This document shows, piece after piece, positions 39,522-47,988 of a DNA stretch of 64,000 nt (position 1 is the first letter of the stretch; every line of letters starts with the position of its first letter). The DNA comes from Alphaproteobacteria bacterium (GTDB lineage Bacteria > Pseudomonadota > Alphaproteobacteria > UBA11222): the NCBI GenBank assembly GCA_038318895.1, contig JBBQCS010000001.1, positions 9,495 through 73,494 on the forward strand. Reading direction: 5' to 3'. The translations under genes were made by a program, and so were the position numbers. The notes under the pieces are model-generated. The model saw only the letters and a list, made by a program, of their open reading frames with translations, made no database searches and was not told the origin of the DNA.

Positions 39522-40678
39522 GTCGCCAGCCAGGAGCGAATGGGTGCGCGGCGCAGTTTGCAGGCGACCGCCTGGGCAATCTGCACGAAATGGACGCCAA
39601 TACAGGCCAGCGTCCATACCGCGACAATAATCATGCCGATGTCCGGCCGGCCCAGCGTTGCGCCCGCCATGAGGATAACAAGATTGGGGTTGCGCCGCGC
39701 GTTTATTAGGCGAAAGCGGCTGTCAAAGGGCCGCCAGACATGCAGGGTGACGCCGAAAAACAGCTTGAAGGCGCCCTCTTGCAGGCGCTGAAATACATAG
39801 CCGCCGATCACGATGGCGGCAATGATTTCGCCCTGCCACAGGCTGCCCCCTGCACTGCTGATGCCAACAATCCACGCCCAATACCAGAATGGAGGATGAA
39901 CCAGATCAATGCCATGATCGAATATGTTGCCGAAGGCGCTGGAATTGACCGTCACCCGCGCCAGTTTGCCGTCCACCGTATCCAGAAATGTCATGCCCCA
40001 GGCCGCCACCAGGCCCCACCCGAACAGGCCGCCAGCGAACAGGAAATACGCCATTACCGTCAGAACGGCGCTGGCGGATGTTACCATATTGGGCGTAATG
40101 CCGGTTGCGGCGCAGGCGCGTGTGACATGATAGGCGGGCCACGGCCAGACATATTTTGTCACGATATCGGTAACGCCTTTATAGACGGCCCCAAAAAGAT
40201 GGCGTTCTATCTGGCCCTTTGTCGCAGCGGTTATGGGCATGACAAAGGCGGAAATGCGCTTTTTCACCTCATGGCTATAGTCCTCGGCCTCCGCCAGGGA
40301 CAGCGGCGTTGCGATGACGCCTTCGGGCAGGCCAGATGGAGCAAGCGGTAGATTTTGCTGTATCAGTTCAGCTATTGTCGGCGCGCTGTCGGCGGTGACA
40401 TGTGCCGCCACCACCTGACCAGAGGCGGGATCAAGCAGGTATTTCCCCGGGCTTGCAATGAGTTTGCGCAACAAATTCTCTTCGATGAGAAAACCTGCAT
40501 GGATCAGAACAACGAATGGCGCCCGTGCGGCCGAATCGGGCCAGGGGGCAATATCGGCTATGCCAAAGCTGTGCAGCGTCCGGGCAAGGCGGGTCGCCCC
40601 GTCCAGCCCCCAGACAGGTACGGGAGAATTGCCGATCAAACGGATCGCAGGATTTTGCACAGGGTCCGGGGCACGCAT
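39518..40678 (-). CDS. CDP-alcohol phosphatidyltransferase-family enzyme with a roughly 160-aa N-terminal soluble domain
   Basis: Complete CAP motif D-x2-D-G-x2-A-R-x8-G-x3-D-x3-D (LDTVDGKLARVTVNSSAFGNIFDHGID); about 6 TM helices in the C-terminal part. The N-domain has a weak NTP-transferase-like G-rich start (GNSPVPVWGLDGATRL). Confidence 0.75.
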   Translation of the reverse strand: MRAPDPVQNPAIRLIGNSPVPVWGLDGATRLARTLHSFGIADIAPWPDSAARAPFVVLIHAGFLIEENLLRKLIASPGKYLLDPASGQVVAAHVTADSAPTIAELIQQNLPLAPSGLPEGVIATPLSLAEAEDYSHEVKKRISAFVMPITAATKGQIERHLFGAVYKGVTDIVTKYVWPWPAYHVTRACAATGITPNMVTSASAVLTVMAYFLFAGGLFGWGLVAAWGMTFLDTVDGKLARVTVNSSAFGNIFDHGIDLVHPPFWYWAWIVGISSAGGSLWQGEIIAAIVIGGYVFQRLQEGAFKLFFGVTLHVWRPFDSRFRLINARRNPNLVILMAGATLGRPDIGMIIVAVWTLACIGVHFVQIAQAVACKLRRAPIRSWLAT

Positions 40679-40791
40679 CAGGCTGACGGCTTTCTACCAT
40701 TGGGGTGAAACCCCACTTATACTAATGGTGTGGAAAGAAAGCCAGTTGAAGCCGTATGATAGGCCGCTAATGCGATGCGTTTAGGAATTGT

Positions 40792-41601
40792 TTGACTATG
40801 GATATGAACTCTGACGAGAGGGTGGTTGCGTCTGACGCATCGTTGATTCGAAGCCCAACCTGTCCGGCCTGCGATGCGGCGGAGCGCAGACCGTATTACC
40901 GGCATGAGACGTGGGAGCTTTTTTCCTGCGAAGTGTGCCGGTTGATTTATCTTGATCCGATGCCGGGGCCAGCCACGCTGGCGACGATCTATCATGATGC
41001 GTATAACGGCGCGCAAACCGGCTACTTCACCAAAACCAGCTCGAAACTGCGCCGCAGTTCGAAGCGGCTGCGAATTATCCGGCGTTTTTCAAAAACCAGC
41101 GGCGGCAATTTTCTGGATGTCGGCTGTAATGGCGGGTTTATGGTAGAGGCCGCGCGCCGCGTCGGCTATACGGCCTGGGGAATCGATCCGGATCTTGTGT
41201 CACTGGAGTACGCGCGCGCACATTTTCCAGACAGTCGCTACTTCCACGGGGTGATTGACGAATTTGATCCCAGGGATAGCGTTGGCGCGGCTGTGCGGTT
41301 TGATATGGCCTATTGCTCCGAGGTGATTGAGCATGTGCCGCAGCCACAGGCTTTTCTGCGTGATATAAATCGGCTGCTGAAGCCAGGCGGCGTACTGTAC
41401 CTGACGACGCCGGATATTTCCCATTGGCGGCGGCCGCGCCGGCTGGAGAACTGGGATGGGTTCTGCCCGCCATCCCACTTGTTGTATTTTAGTCCGGAAA
41501 ATCTGATTGCTCTTGCGCGGCGCAGTGGCTTTGAACTGCTAAGCCGCCGTCCCGCATGGAAGCCGGGTGTTAAACTGGTGTTGCAACGGCCTCAACGCTA
41601 A
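40792..41601 (+). CDS. Class I SAM-dependent methyltransferase with an N-terminal CxxC..CxxC zinc ribbon
   Basis: CPACDAAERR..CEVCRL is followed by motif I (FLDVGCNGG) and motif post-I (AWGIDPD). Confidence 0.7.
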   Translation: MTMDMNSDERVVASDASLIRSPTCPACDAAERRPYYRHETWELFSCEVCRLIYLDPMPGPATLATIYHDAYNGAQTGYFTKTSSKLRRSSKRLRIIRRFSKTSGGNFLDVGCNGGFMVEAARRVGYTAWGIDPDLVSLEYARAHFPDSRYFHGVIDEFDPRDSVGAAVRFDMAYCSEVIEHVPQPQAFLRDINRLLKPGGVLYLTTPDISHWRRPRRLENWDGFCPPSHLLYFSPENLIALARRSGFELLSRRPAWKPGVKLVLQRPQR

Positions 41602-42424
41602 ACGCTTCTGCACATGTAAGCCAGCATGCCCCGCCGCCCGGCCGGCAATGCGGCGCTATGGCGCGCAATAGTTGAGACAAAAACTCCCACCCGTCTGCGT
41701 CCTGAACGAGATGATGGGTCAATAGACCGGTTGGCTCTTGCGGATCAAAGCCCCGCGGCAGAGGTTTCCCCAATACGAGTGTTCCTTTTGGTATTTGCGG
41801 GTGCAGGCGGCGTATGCGCAGCAGCGTGGTCAATTCCTCCAGCACTGTGTCGGCAGGGCGCAGGCACCGCCCGGTATGCCAGTCAATTGCGTCTATGTGG
41901 CTGTTGGTTTGTACCAGGCCAGGGACTGGCGTCCGATTTGGCGCCGGACGAAACGCCGACACACCATGATAGCCGATCCGCGGCAAATGAACGGCAAGAT
42001 CTTCATCCAGCCGATTCCATGGTGGCACAAATACGGGAAACAGCTTGCTGCCAAACATGTCCCGCAATAGCGACAGTCCCTCAGTGACTTCCGCGCGCAT
42101 TACCGCATTGTCCCGATGCGCGCCAAACTCAGCCCGCTTCCCGGTCCGCGGAGCATGGTTGATATGGGCATACCCATGCACAATAGGGGTGATGTTGTGG
42201 GCCTGTCCTATCATCTCCGGCAACGATGCCTCGGCCCGGCGCGGGACGACGGCCAGCGCCAGCGGCGCGGCAAACTTTTCGGTCAGTTCCAGCAATTGCG
42301 TCAGCGCTGCACTTCCGGTGGCCGCATCATCATCGCGCCACCACAGGCTGGCCGTGCGCCCCGCCTGCGCCCATGCACATAATTCCGCATCCAGTGCCTT
42401 CCAGGCATTTGCACTCTCAGGCAT
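41570..42424 (-). CDS. Polysaccharide deacetylase (CE4)-like protein, divergent
   Basis: WWRDDDA (TFDDG-like), HGYAH (HxxxH) and FVPPWNRL (RxPxG-like) blocks. The start overlaps the upstream GT stop by 8 nt. Confidence 0.45.
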   Translation of the reverse strand: MPESANAWKALDAELCAWAQAGRTASLWWRDDDAATGSAALTQLLELTEKFAAPLALAVVPRRAEASLPEMIGQAHNITPIVHGYAHINHAPRTGKRAEFGAHRDNAVMRAEVTEGLSLLRDMFGSKLFPVFVPPWNRLDEDLAVHLPRIGYHGVSAFRPAPNRTPVPGLVQTNSHIDAIDWHTGRCLRPADTVLEELTTLLRIRRLHPQIPKGTLVLGKPLPRGFDPQEPTGLLTHHLVQDADGWEFLSQLLRAIAPHCRPGGGACWLTCAEAFSVEAVATPV

Positions 42425-43613
42425 TCAGTTTCTCCTGAATGAAACGGGCCGTTACTGCCCCGCCATTCATGTCCGGCAGATACCGGGCGGTATTGTTTTG
42501 CAACATCGCCTGATCAATTGCAGCGGCCAGCGAGGCCGGACCTAAATCCGATTCCGGCACCACCACGGCAAGGCCTGCGCGCGTCAGAGCCTGCGCCCGC
42601 AATGTCTGCTCCCGCTCCCGCGCGGCGCCAAATGGGACAATCACTGCGGGCGTTTCAGAAATAGTCCTAGCCTGCAAAATATCCATTACTGTATTATAGC
42701 CCCCCTGGCTAACCGAACAGGCGCAGTTGAATAGCATTTGCGGAAAATCCGGCCGCGCTGTTTCAACCACTAGGCCTTCCGGCGCTTTGTCCTGCAGCGC
42801 CTGCCGTTGACCATCCGGTGCATTGCGACCGATTAATAACCGCCATAATTTTCCCCTCGCTTGTGTTGAAAGCGCGCGCGCCTGCAGGGCTGCTGTCATT
42901 AATGCTTCACCCACCGCGCCCCCTCCGGCAGATATAATAACTTCATCTTTACCAACAATGCCTGTAGGCGGGTGTTGTGCGTAAGGCGTGTCCGCCGTCA
43001 CATAGCCTGTATAGACTATTTTGCCGTTCAGTTCGGCTGCCGCCGGATAGCTTTCTTCCAGGCGAATGAAATTCGCGTCCCCGTGCACCAGTATATGATC
43101 AAAATAATTCCGTGCGTGGGTGATGGCTTCGTCTGTCCGCCCGGGCTTGTCAGAAGGAACCAGAATGTCACGCACAGAGCACGCGACGAGCGGCGCGGGT
43201 CTGCGCTTGCGGGCTGCTTCCAGCAACGGCAGTAATTCGAAACGGAACTGTCGCCGCCCGAATGGAAACATTTCGATCAGCAGCATATCGGGCGCCAGAT
43301 TGGCAAATGCCTGTAGCAACACAGTTTGGCGGTGGTGGCGCCAGGCGTCGTCGATGGGTTTGCCTTCCTGATTCAGCAATTTCGAAAACTCGGCGTCGGC
43401 GGTGCGAACCGGGGCAAGCTGGATTATATTCGCGCCATGCGCGTCACTATGGGGATATGGCATACCACCGCTGACAATGGTTACCGCCATCCCCGCATCC
43501 TGCAGGCGCCGGGTCAATCGCAGGGCGCGCTCCAGATGACCAATGCCGAGCAGATGCTGCACATAAAACATAATCTGTTTAGGGACGAATATATCATCCA
43601 TGTTTGCTCTCAA
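42417..43613 (-). CDS. GT-B glycosyltransferase (GT1/GT28-like, COG4671 type)
   Basis: The N-terminal FYVQHLLGIGHLERALRLTRRL matches the GT28/GT1 N-domain G-loop + His pattern. It is a paralogue of the 46604..47863 gene. The start may be at 43601. Confidence 0.55.
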   Translation of the reverse strand: MRANMDDIFVPKQIMFYVQHLLGIGHLERALRLTRRLQDAGMAVTIVSGGMPYPHSDAHGANIIQLAPVRTADAEFSKLLNQEGKPIDDAWRHHRQTVLLQAFANLAPDMLLIEMFPFGRRQFRFELLPLLEAARKRRPAPLVACSVRDILVPSDKPGRTDEAITHARNYFDHILVHGDANFIRLEESYPAAAELNGKIVYTGYVTADTPYAQHPPTGIVGKDEVIISAGGGAVGEALMTAALQARALSTQARGKLWRLLIGRNAPDGQRQALQDKAPEGLVVETARPDFPQMLFNCACSVSQGGYNTVMDILQARTISETPAVIVPFGAAREREQTLRAQALTRAGLAVVVPESDLGPASLAAAIDQAMLQNNTARYLPDMNGGAVTARFIQEKLNA

Positions 43614-44190
43614 ACGCCATATTCAGTGCAACCGGAACAACAGTCCCCCCCGCACTTGCATCGAACAGATGGACGGCGTTCCAGGCCAGTTCAACTGGCG
43701 GATTTCCCAGCATATCCCAGTCATAGGCCAATGCGAGCGCCGCGCGGATGACGCCCTTATGGGTCATCGCCGTAACCGGCCGGCCGGGATTGGCGATGTC
43801 TTTGAACCAGGACTTTAGCCGCGCCCGTACATCGGCGGGGGATTCGCCGCCGGGAGGGCGAAAATGCAAGCCGCGGTCTTCGTTTTCCTGCATTGCGCCT
43901 CCGTAACGCGCGCGCAGATCACTCAGGGTTTCACCTTCCCATTCCCCCCAATGCATTTCTATAAGCCTCGGCTCTATCGCGAACGCACCGGGGCCTAGAA
44001 TACGCGCCGATTCAACCGCGCGGCGAAGCGGACTGACATGCCAATGGCTGTTGCGCAAGGCCGCGGGAACCCCAAGCCCCTGTAGTTCGCGGCGGCCCTC
44101 CTGGCTAAGCGATATATCAGCGTGTCCCTGCATACGGCCATCCCTATTCCATTGGGTCGGGCCATGACGGATGAAAGCGACAAAGGTCAT
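43594..44190 (-). CDS. Histidine phosphatase (phosphoglycerate-mutase family)
   Basis: RHG motif FIRHGPTQWN plus downstream His. The ATG at 44190 is 7 nt after the upstream GT4 stop. Confidence 0.7.
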   Translation of the reverse strand: MTFVAFIRHGPTQWNRDGRMQGHADISLSQEGRRELQGLGVPAALRNSHWHVSPLRRAVESARILGPGAFAIEPRLIEMHWGEWEGETLSDLRARYGGAMQENEDRGLHFRPPGGESPADVRARLKSWFKDIANPGRPVTAMTHKGVIRAALALAYDWDMLGNPPVELAWNAVHLFDASAGGTVVPVALNMAFESKHG

Positions 44191-44197
44191 GGAAAAA

Positions 44198-45358
44198 TCA
44201 CGACCGGCGCCACAGCCGCGCCCAACGGCTGCGCGGGCGGGCCTGTTGGCGAAGTCTGACGGCAACCAGTCCTGCGTTCAAAATAATTGCAGCCTTTTCC
44301 ATGCTGCGCATACTGTGGACAAACCGTTTTCCGGTTTCGCCCATGGTGTGACGGACCCCGGCGTCGGAGATCAGAAAGTCGATAACCCCCGCAAAGGCCT
44401 CCGCATCACCCTCCGGGGTAAGAAAGCCGGTTTGTCCATCCAGCATTACATCCGGAACGCCGCGCACCCTGCCAGCGACAACCGGCAGGCCGGACGCCTG
44501 CGCTTCCAGCAGCGCCATGCCATAGGCTTCGCCCGCAGCCGGCCATACATATATGTCGGCAGCCGCATATATGCCGGGCATCTCAATCTTCTGGCGCGCG
44601 CCCCTGAACTGAAGCCGATCCTGTCCGAGCGGGGCAAGCGCGGCCTCTACTTCCGCGCGCGCGGGACCATCCCCCACAATGGTCAGGCGCCAATCCTGGT
44701 GTTTCAGGAGTGCCAGACAATCCGCCAGCCTGCGGTAACTTTCCGCTTTATCCCCTGGCCGCATCATACCTACTGCCAGCAACCGGAGCGGCTCTTCGGG
44801 AAGCGGATCATTGCGCGGCTCCGCGGCATAAGGTCTGGGGTCGAGAAAGGGCGGCAGGTCACGATGAATTTGCACCGGATCAAGAACTGCTTCCAGACCC
44901 TCCGCATCAATGCTGGTCATGGAAAAAATCAGATCAGCAGTTTTGATCGCCAGTTCGGAGCCCCTGTGTCCTATGGCCCATGGGCCTTCTGCCCGGCTTG
45001 CGGCATAAGAGGCTTCCGCCACCACATAGGGAATGCCCAGCGCCCTGGCCACAGCGGGCCCGATCCAGTCGGGCGACTTGTAATAGACGTGATAGCTGAA
45101 CCATAATTCCGGCTGCTGATCTTTCGCGCGCGCGCGATAGCGTTCAATAAGCCGCGCGGCCTCGCGTTCCGCGCCTTTTAAGAGAGTTTCCTGCTGCGCA
45201 GGGTCACCTATGCCATCATAGGCCCGGAACGACGAAGCGACTTCCACTTCATGGCCACCCATGCCCAGCGCGGTGATGAGCAGCCCCGCCATTTCCCTGT
45301 CGCCCGAAGGGGTCAGATCGTCGGGCGCTTTCATCGGTGCATAAAATGCTATGCGCAT
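44198..45358 (-). CDS. Glycosyltransferase family 4 (GT-B, retaining)
   Basis: E-x7-E motif (EAYGMALLEAQASGLPVV) and Glycos_transf_1 C-domain. Confidence 0.8.
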   Translation of the reverse strand: MRIAFYAPMKAPDDLTPSGDREMAGLLITALGMGGHEVEVASSFRAYDGIGDPAQQETLLKGAEREAARLIERYRARAKDQQPELWFSYHVYYKSPDWIGPAVARALGIPYVVAEASYAASRAEGPWAIGHRGSELAIKTADLIFSMTSIDAEGLEAVLDPVQIHRDLPPFLDPRPYAAEPRNDPLPEEPLRLLAVGMMRPGDKAESYRRLADCLALLKHQDWRLTIVGDGPARAEVEAALAPLGQDRLQFRGARQKIEMPGIYAAADIYVWPAAGEAYGMALLEAQASGLPVVAGRVRGVPDVMLDGQTGFLTPEGDAEAFAGVIDFLISDAGVRHTMGETGKRFVHSMRSMEKAAIILNAGLVAVRLRQQARPRSRWARLWRRS

Positions 45359-46611
45359 ACGGGCTCACCATTGCTGGCGGTAAAACGCCTTACTAACTCA
45401 TCAATTGTATGTTGCATCTGAAAGCGGGTTTCCAGCCGTATCCGGCCCTGTCTGCCCATTTGCGCGCGGCGTTCCGGATCCCGGATCAGTTGTTCCAGCG
45501 CAATGGCCAACGCCTGCGCGTCATCTGGCGGACATAACAGTCCCGTCTCGCCGTCGATGATAAATTCAGGAATAGCCGACAGGTTACTGCTGACACAGGC
45601 CAGGCCCTGACTTTGCGCCTCCAGCAGGACGTTAGGGATGCCGTCGCGATCGCCGTCCGGACCGACCCGGCAGGCAAGCGCGAACAGATCGCTCTCGCGC
45701 AGGGCGCTGATGACCGCATCCTGATCAACGGGGCCACCCCAGATGATGGACGCGCCAAGCCCAAGATTTTGCGCCTGCTGTTTCAGTGCCGTCAGCTCCG
45801 GCCCGCCGCCAAGATGCTGAAACCGCCAATGCAGTTCTCGGGGCAACAGCGCCAGGGCCTGCAATAAAGTGTCGAAGCCTTTTTTCACGACCGCCCGCCC
45901 GACACTGATCAGTCGTACTGCAGATTCCGGTGTACTGCCGTCGCGGCTGAAATGCGCAGCAGGTGGGGGGGGAAAGCGCGCGAGGTCAAGCCCGTGGTAT
46001 ACCAGTTCGACGTTAGCTGTTCGTTGCGGTGTGCGCAGTTCATTGAGATAGCCGGTCCCTGCGGCTGTACAACTGACGCCCCAGGCGCAACTGCCAAGTT
46101 TTTCACGCAATTCCCAGGCCGGCGTCGTCCAGATATCCTTTGCATGGGCTGAAAAGCTCCAGGGAAGTCCGCGCATTATCGCCGCGTAGCGGGTGACCGA
46201 TCCCGGTGTATGCAGAAAATGCGCATGCAGATGGCGGACTTTCCCGTCCAGTTCACTGGCCAGCACCAGCGCCTGGGCAAAACGGCGGCCGCGATTGGGT
46301 GTCAGATCGCGGCGCAGATCGCGCAGCCAGATCCGCAGCGCCCGGGAATAGCCCGGCAGCCGCCGCGCCGCAAACCAGCCGCGCAGCACCCGCAACGGAT
46401 CATCGCGCAGATATTCCGGCAGGTAATTTACCGGTGCGGTAATATCCCCGTGCATGGAATGGGACCTGGTGTCGGTTGGGTGGCGTAACGAAAAAATCAC
46501 AATTGGCACGCCACGTTGTTCGAGCGCCAGAATTTCCTGGGCAATAAAGGTTTCTGAAAGTCTGGGATACCCCTTCAGCACAAATGCAATCGTGGGGCCG
46601 GCGCTAGGCAT
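45349..46611 (-). CDS. Glycosyltransferase family 4 (WcaL-like)
   Basis: GT4 C-domain (GIPNVLLEAQSQGLACVSS, EFIIDGETGLL); overlaps both neighbours by 8-10 nt. Confidence 0.8.
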   Translation of the reverse strand: MPSAGPTIAFVLKGYPRLSETFIAQEILALEQRGVPIVIFSLRHPTDTRSHSMHGDITAPVNYLPEYLRDDPLRVLRGWFAARRLPGYSRALRIWLRDLRRDLTPNRGRRFAQALVLASELDGKVRHLHAHFLHTPGSVTRYAAIMRGLPWSFSAHAKDIWTTPAWELREKLGSCAWGVSCTAAGTGYLNELRTPQRTANVELVYHGLDLARFPPPPAAHFSRDGSTPESAVRLISVGRAVVKKGFDTLLQALALLPRELHWRFQHLGGGPELTALKQQAQNLGLGASIIWGGPVDQDAVISALRESDLFALACRVGPDGDRDGIPNVLLEAQSQGLACVSSNLSAIPEFIIDGETGLLCPPDDAQALAIALEQLIRDPERRAQMGRQGRIRLETRFQMQHTIDELVRRFTASNGEPVCA

Positions 46612-47863
46612 GGCGGCGTTTATCCGTTGAATGACGCCGAGTGCGTCTGGTTTCCGGTTTAAGCGAAGACGCCGCGATATCCGCCATCCTTGAGAGACCG
46701 TCGTTGATCCCTGTAATGGCGGTCCGAGAGGGTGGCGCCTGATTGGGCAAGGCCAGAAGCGCCGTCAGCATCACCTCGGGGTCTCGCACGCCGGTGCCGT
46801 TATGCGAAGGATCTGCCAGCATGGCAACCAAACCGCGATCGCTTGCGCGCCGGGCGCGGATGGTTTGTTCCAGACGTGGCGCCGAACGCGGCACAATCAG
46901 CGCTGGCTTGTCACGCGCCAAAATCTCGCAAAAAGTATTGTAGCCCCCCATCGCCACAATGGCTGTCGCGCCGGCCTCAAACTGTTCAATATGGCTATCG
47001 AATGTGAGTATTGTGATTGCCGGTAAAAGCACCGCGCGCGCGGTGAAGGCGGCCTGCGCATCCGGGTTCATAAATGGTCCAAGCACGATCAGCGCAGGCA
47101 GGGGCGCGGGGCCCGCGCGCAATGCGCTAAGCTCATACGCCGATAGCACCCAGTCTATCAGTTCTTCGCCATCACCGCCGCCGCCGGTTGTCACTAATAG
47201 ATAAGGGTTTCTGGTGACCTCCGGCCATACCATGGCGGCAGGCGCGGACGGTAGGGGTGTGCACAGGTACCCGGTATAGGTAATCTTGTCGGCCACCATA
47301 GCTGGAATGGAAACGCCGTCCAGGGGGGCATAGATATCCTGCATACCGTATACCCAAATCTCGTCATAAAGATCTCGCAGGGCGGGGAAGGCTTTTTTGC
47401 GTTGCCATTCCGCCGACAGCCTTGCTGGTTCATCCAGAATATCGCGCAGACCAAGCACCAGCTTTGTGCCGCGCGCCTTGAGCATTTCCAGGGTGGACGC
47501 CACCTCTCCGCGTAATCCCAGCGGTTCTTTGTCGACAATAAATAAATCCGGCGCGAAAATATCTGCTGTGTGCTGGATGATCGACTGGCGAAGCGCCAGT
47601 GTTTCAGAAATATCAAGGTGCAGGTTAAGTGACGTATATTCGCCATTGCGCAATTTGATCACACCGGGCACCCGGATAAAATCCACCCTGGCCCGGAAAT
47701 CGAAACTGCCGATAATCGGCGAGCCGGAAAGGATTAACACCGAAAGTTTGGAGTAGTTCTCAACCAGCGCATGGGCAATAGCCCTGCAACGGCGCAAATG
47801 CCCGAGGCCAAATGTGTCGTGACTGTAGATTAAAACCCGTGATCCGGATTTTCGTGCCGGCAT
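46604..47863 (-). CDS. GT-B glycosyltransferase (GT1/GT28-like, COG4671 type), first gene of the operon
   Basis: N-terminal RVLIYSHDTFGLGHLRRCRAIAHAL and C-terminal GGYNT block; paralogous to 42417..43613. Confidence 0.55.
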   Translation of the reverse strand: MPARKSGSRVLIYSHDTFGLGHLRRCRAIAHALVENYSKLSVLILSGSPIIGSFDFRARVDFIRVPGVIKLRNGEYTSLNLHLDISETLALRQSIIQHTADIFAPDLFIVDKEPLGLRGEVASTLEMLKARGTKLVLGLRDILDEPARLSAEWQRKKAFPALRDLYDEIWVYGMQDIYAPLDGVSIPAMVADKITYTGYLCTPLPSAPAAMVWPEVTRNPYLLVTTGGGGDGEELIDWVLSAYELSALRAGPAPLPALIVLGPFMNPDAQAAFTARAVLLPAITILTFDSHIEQFEAGATAIVAMGGYNTFCEILARDKPALIVPRSAPRLEQTIRARRASDRGLVAMLADPSHNGTGVRDPEVMLTALLALPNQAPPSRTAITGINDGLSRMADIAASSLKPETRRTRRHSTDKRRHA

Positions 47864-47988
47864 CGTATTTAATGTTTCCTTGAGCGTTTTTAACTTAAAC
47901 CGGGCCGTGCCGCCCTTATGGCGCGAGTAGATTAAAACAACCTATGCTAAACAAATAGTAACGGGCGAATCAGCCGGTTGCGCCGCAC

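Noticed and set aside
40701-40715. Short hairpin TGGGG-TGAAA-CCCCA upstream of the CDP-alcohol transferase gene
   Set aside because: A 5-bp stem without a T-tract is too weak to call a terminator or attenuator.
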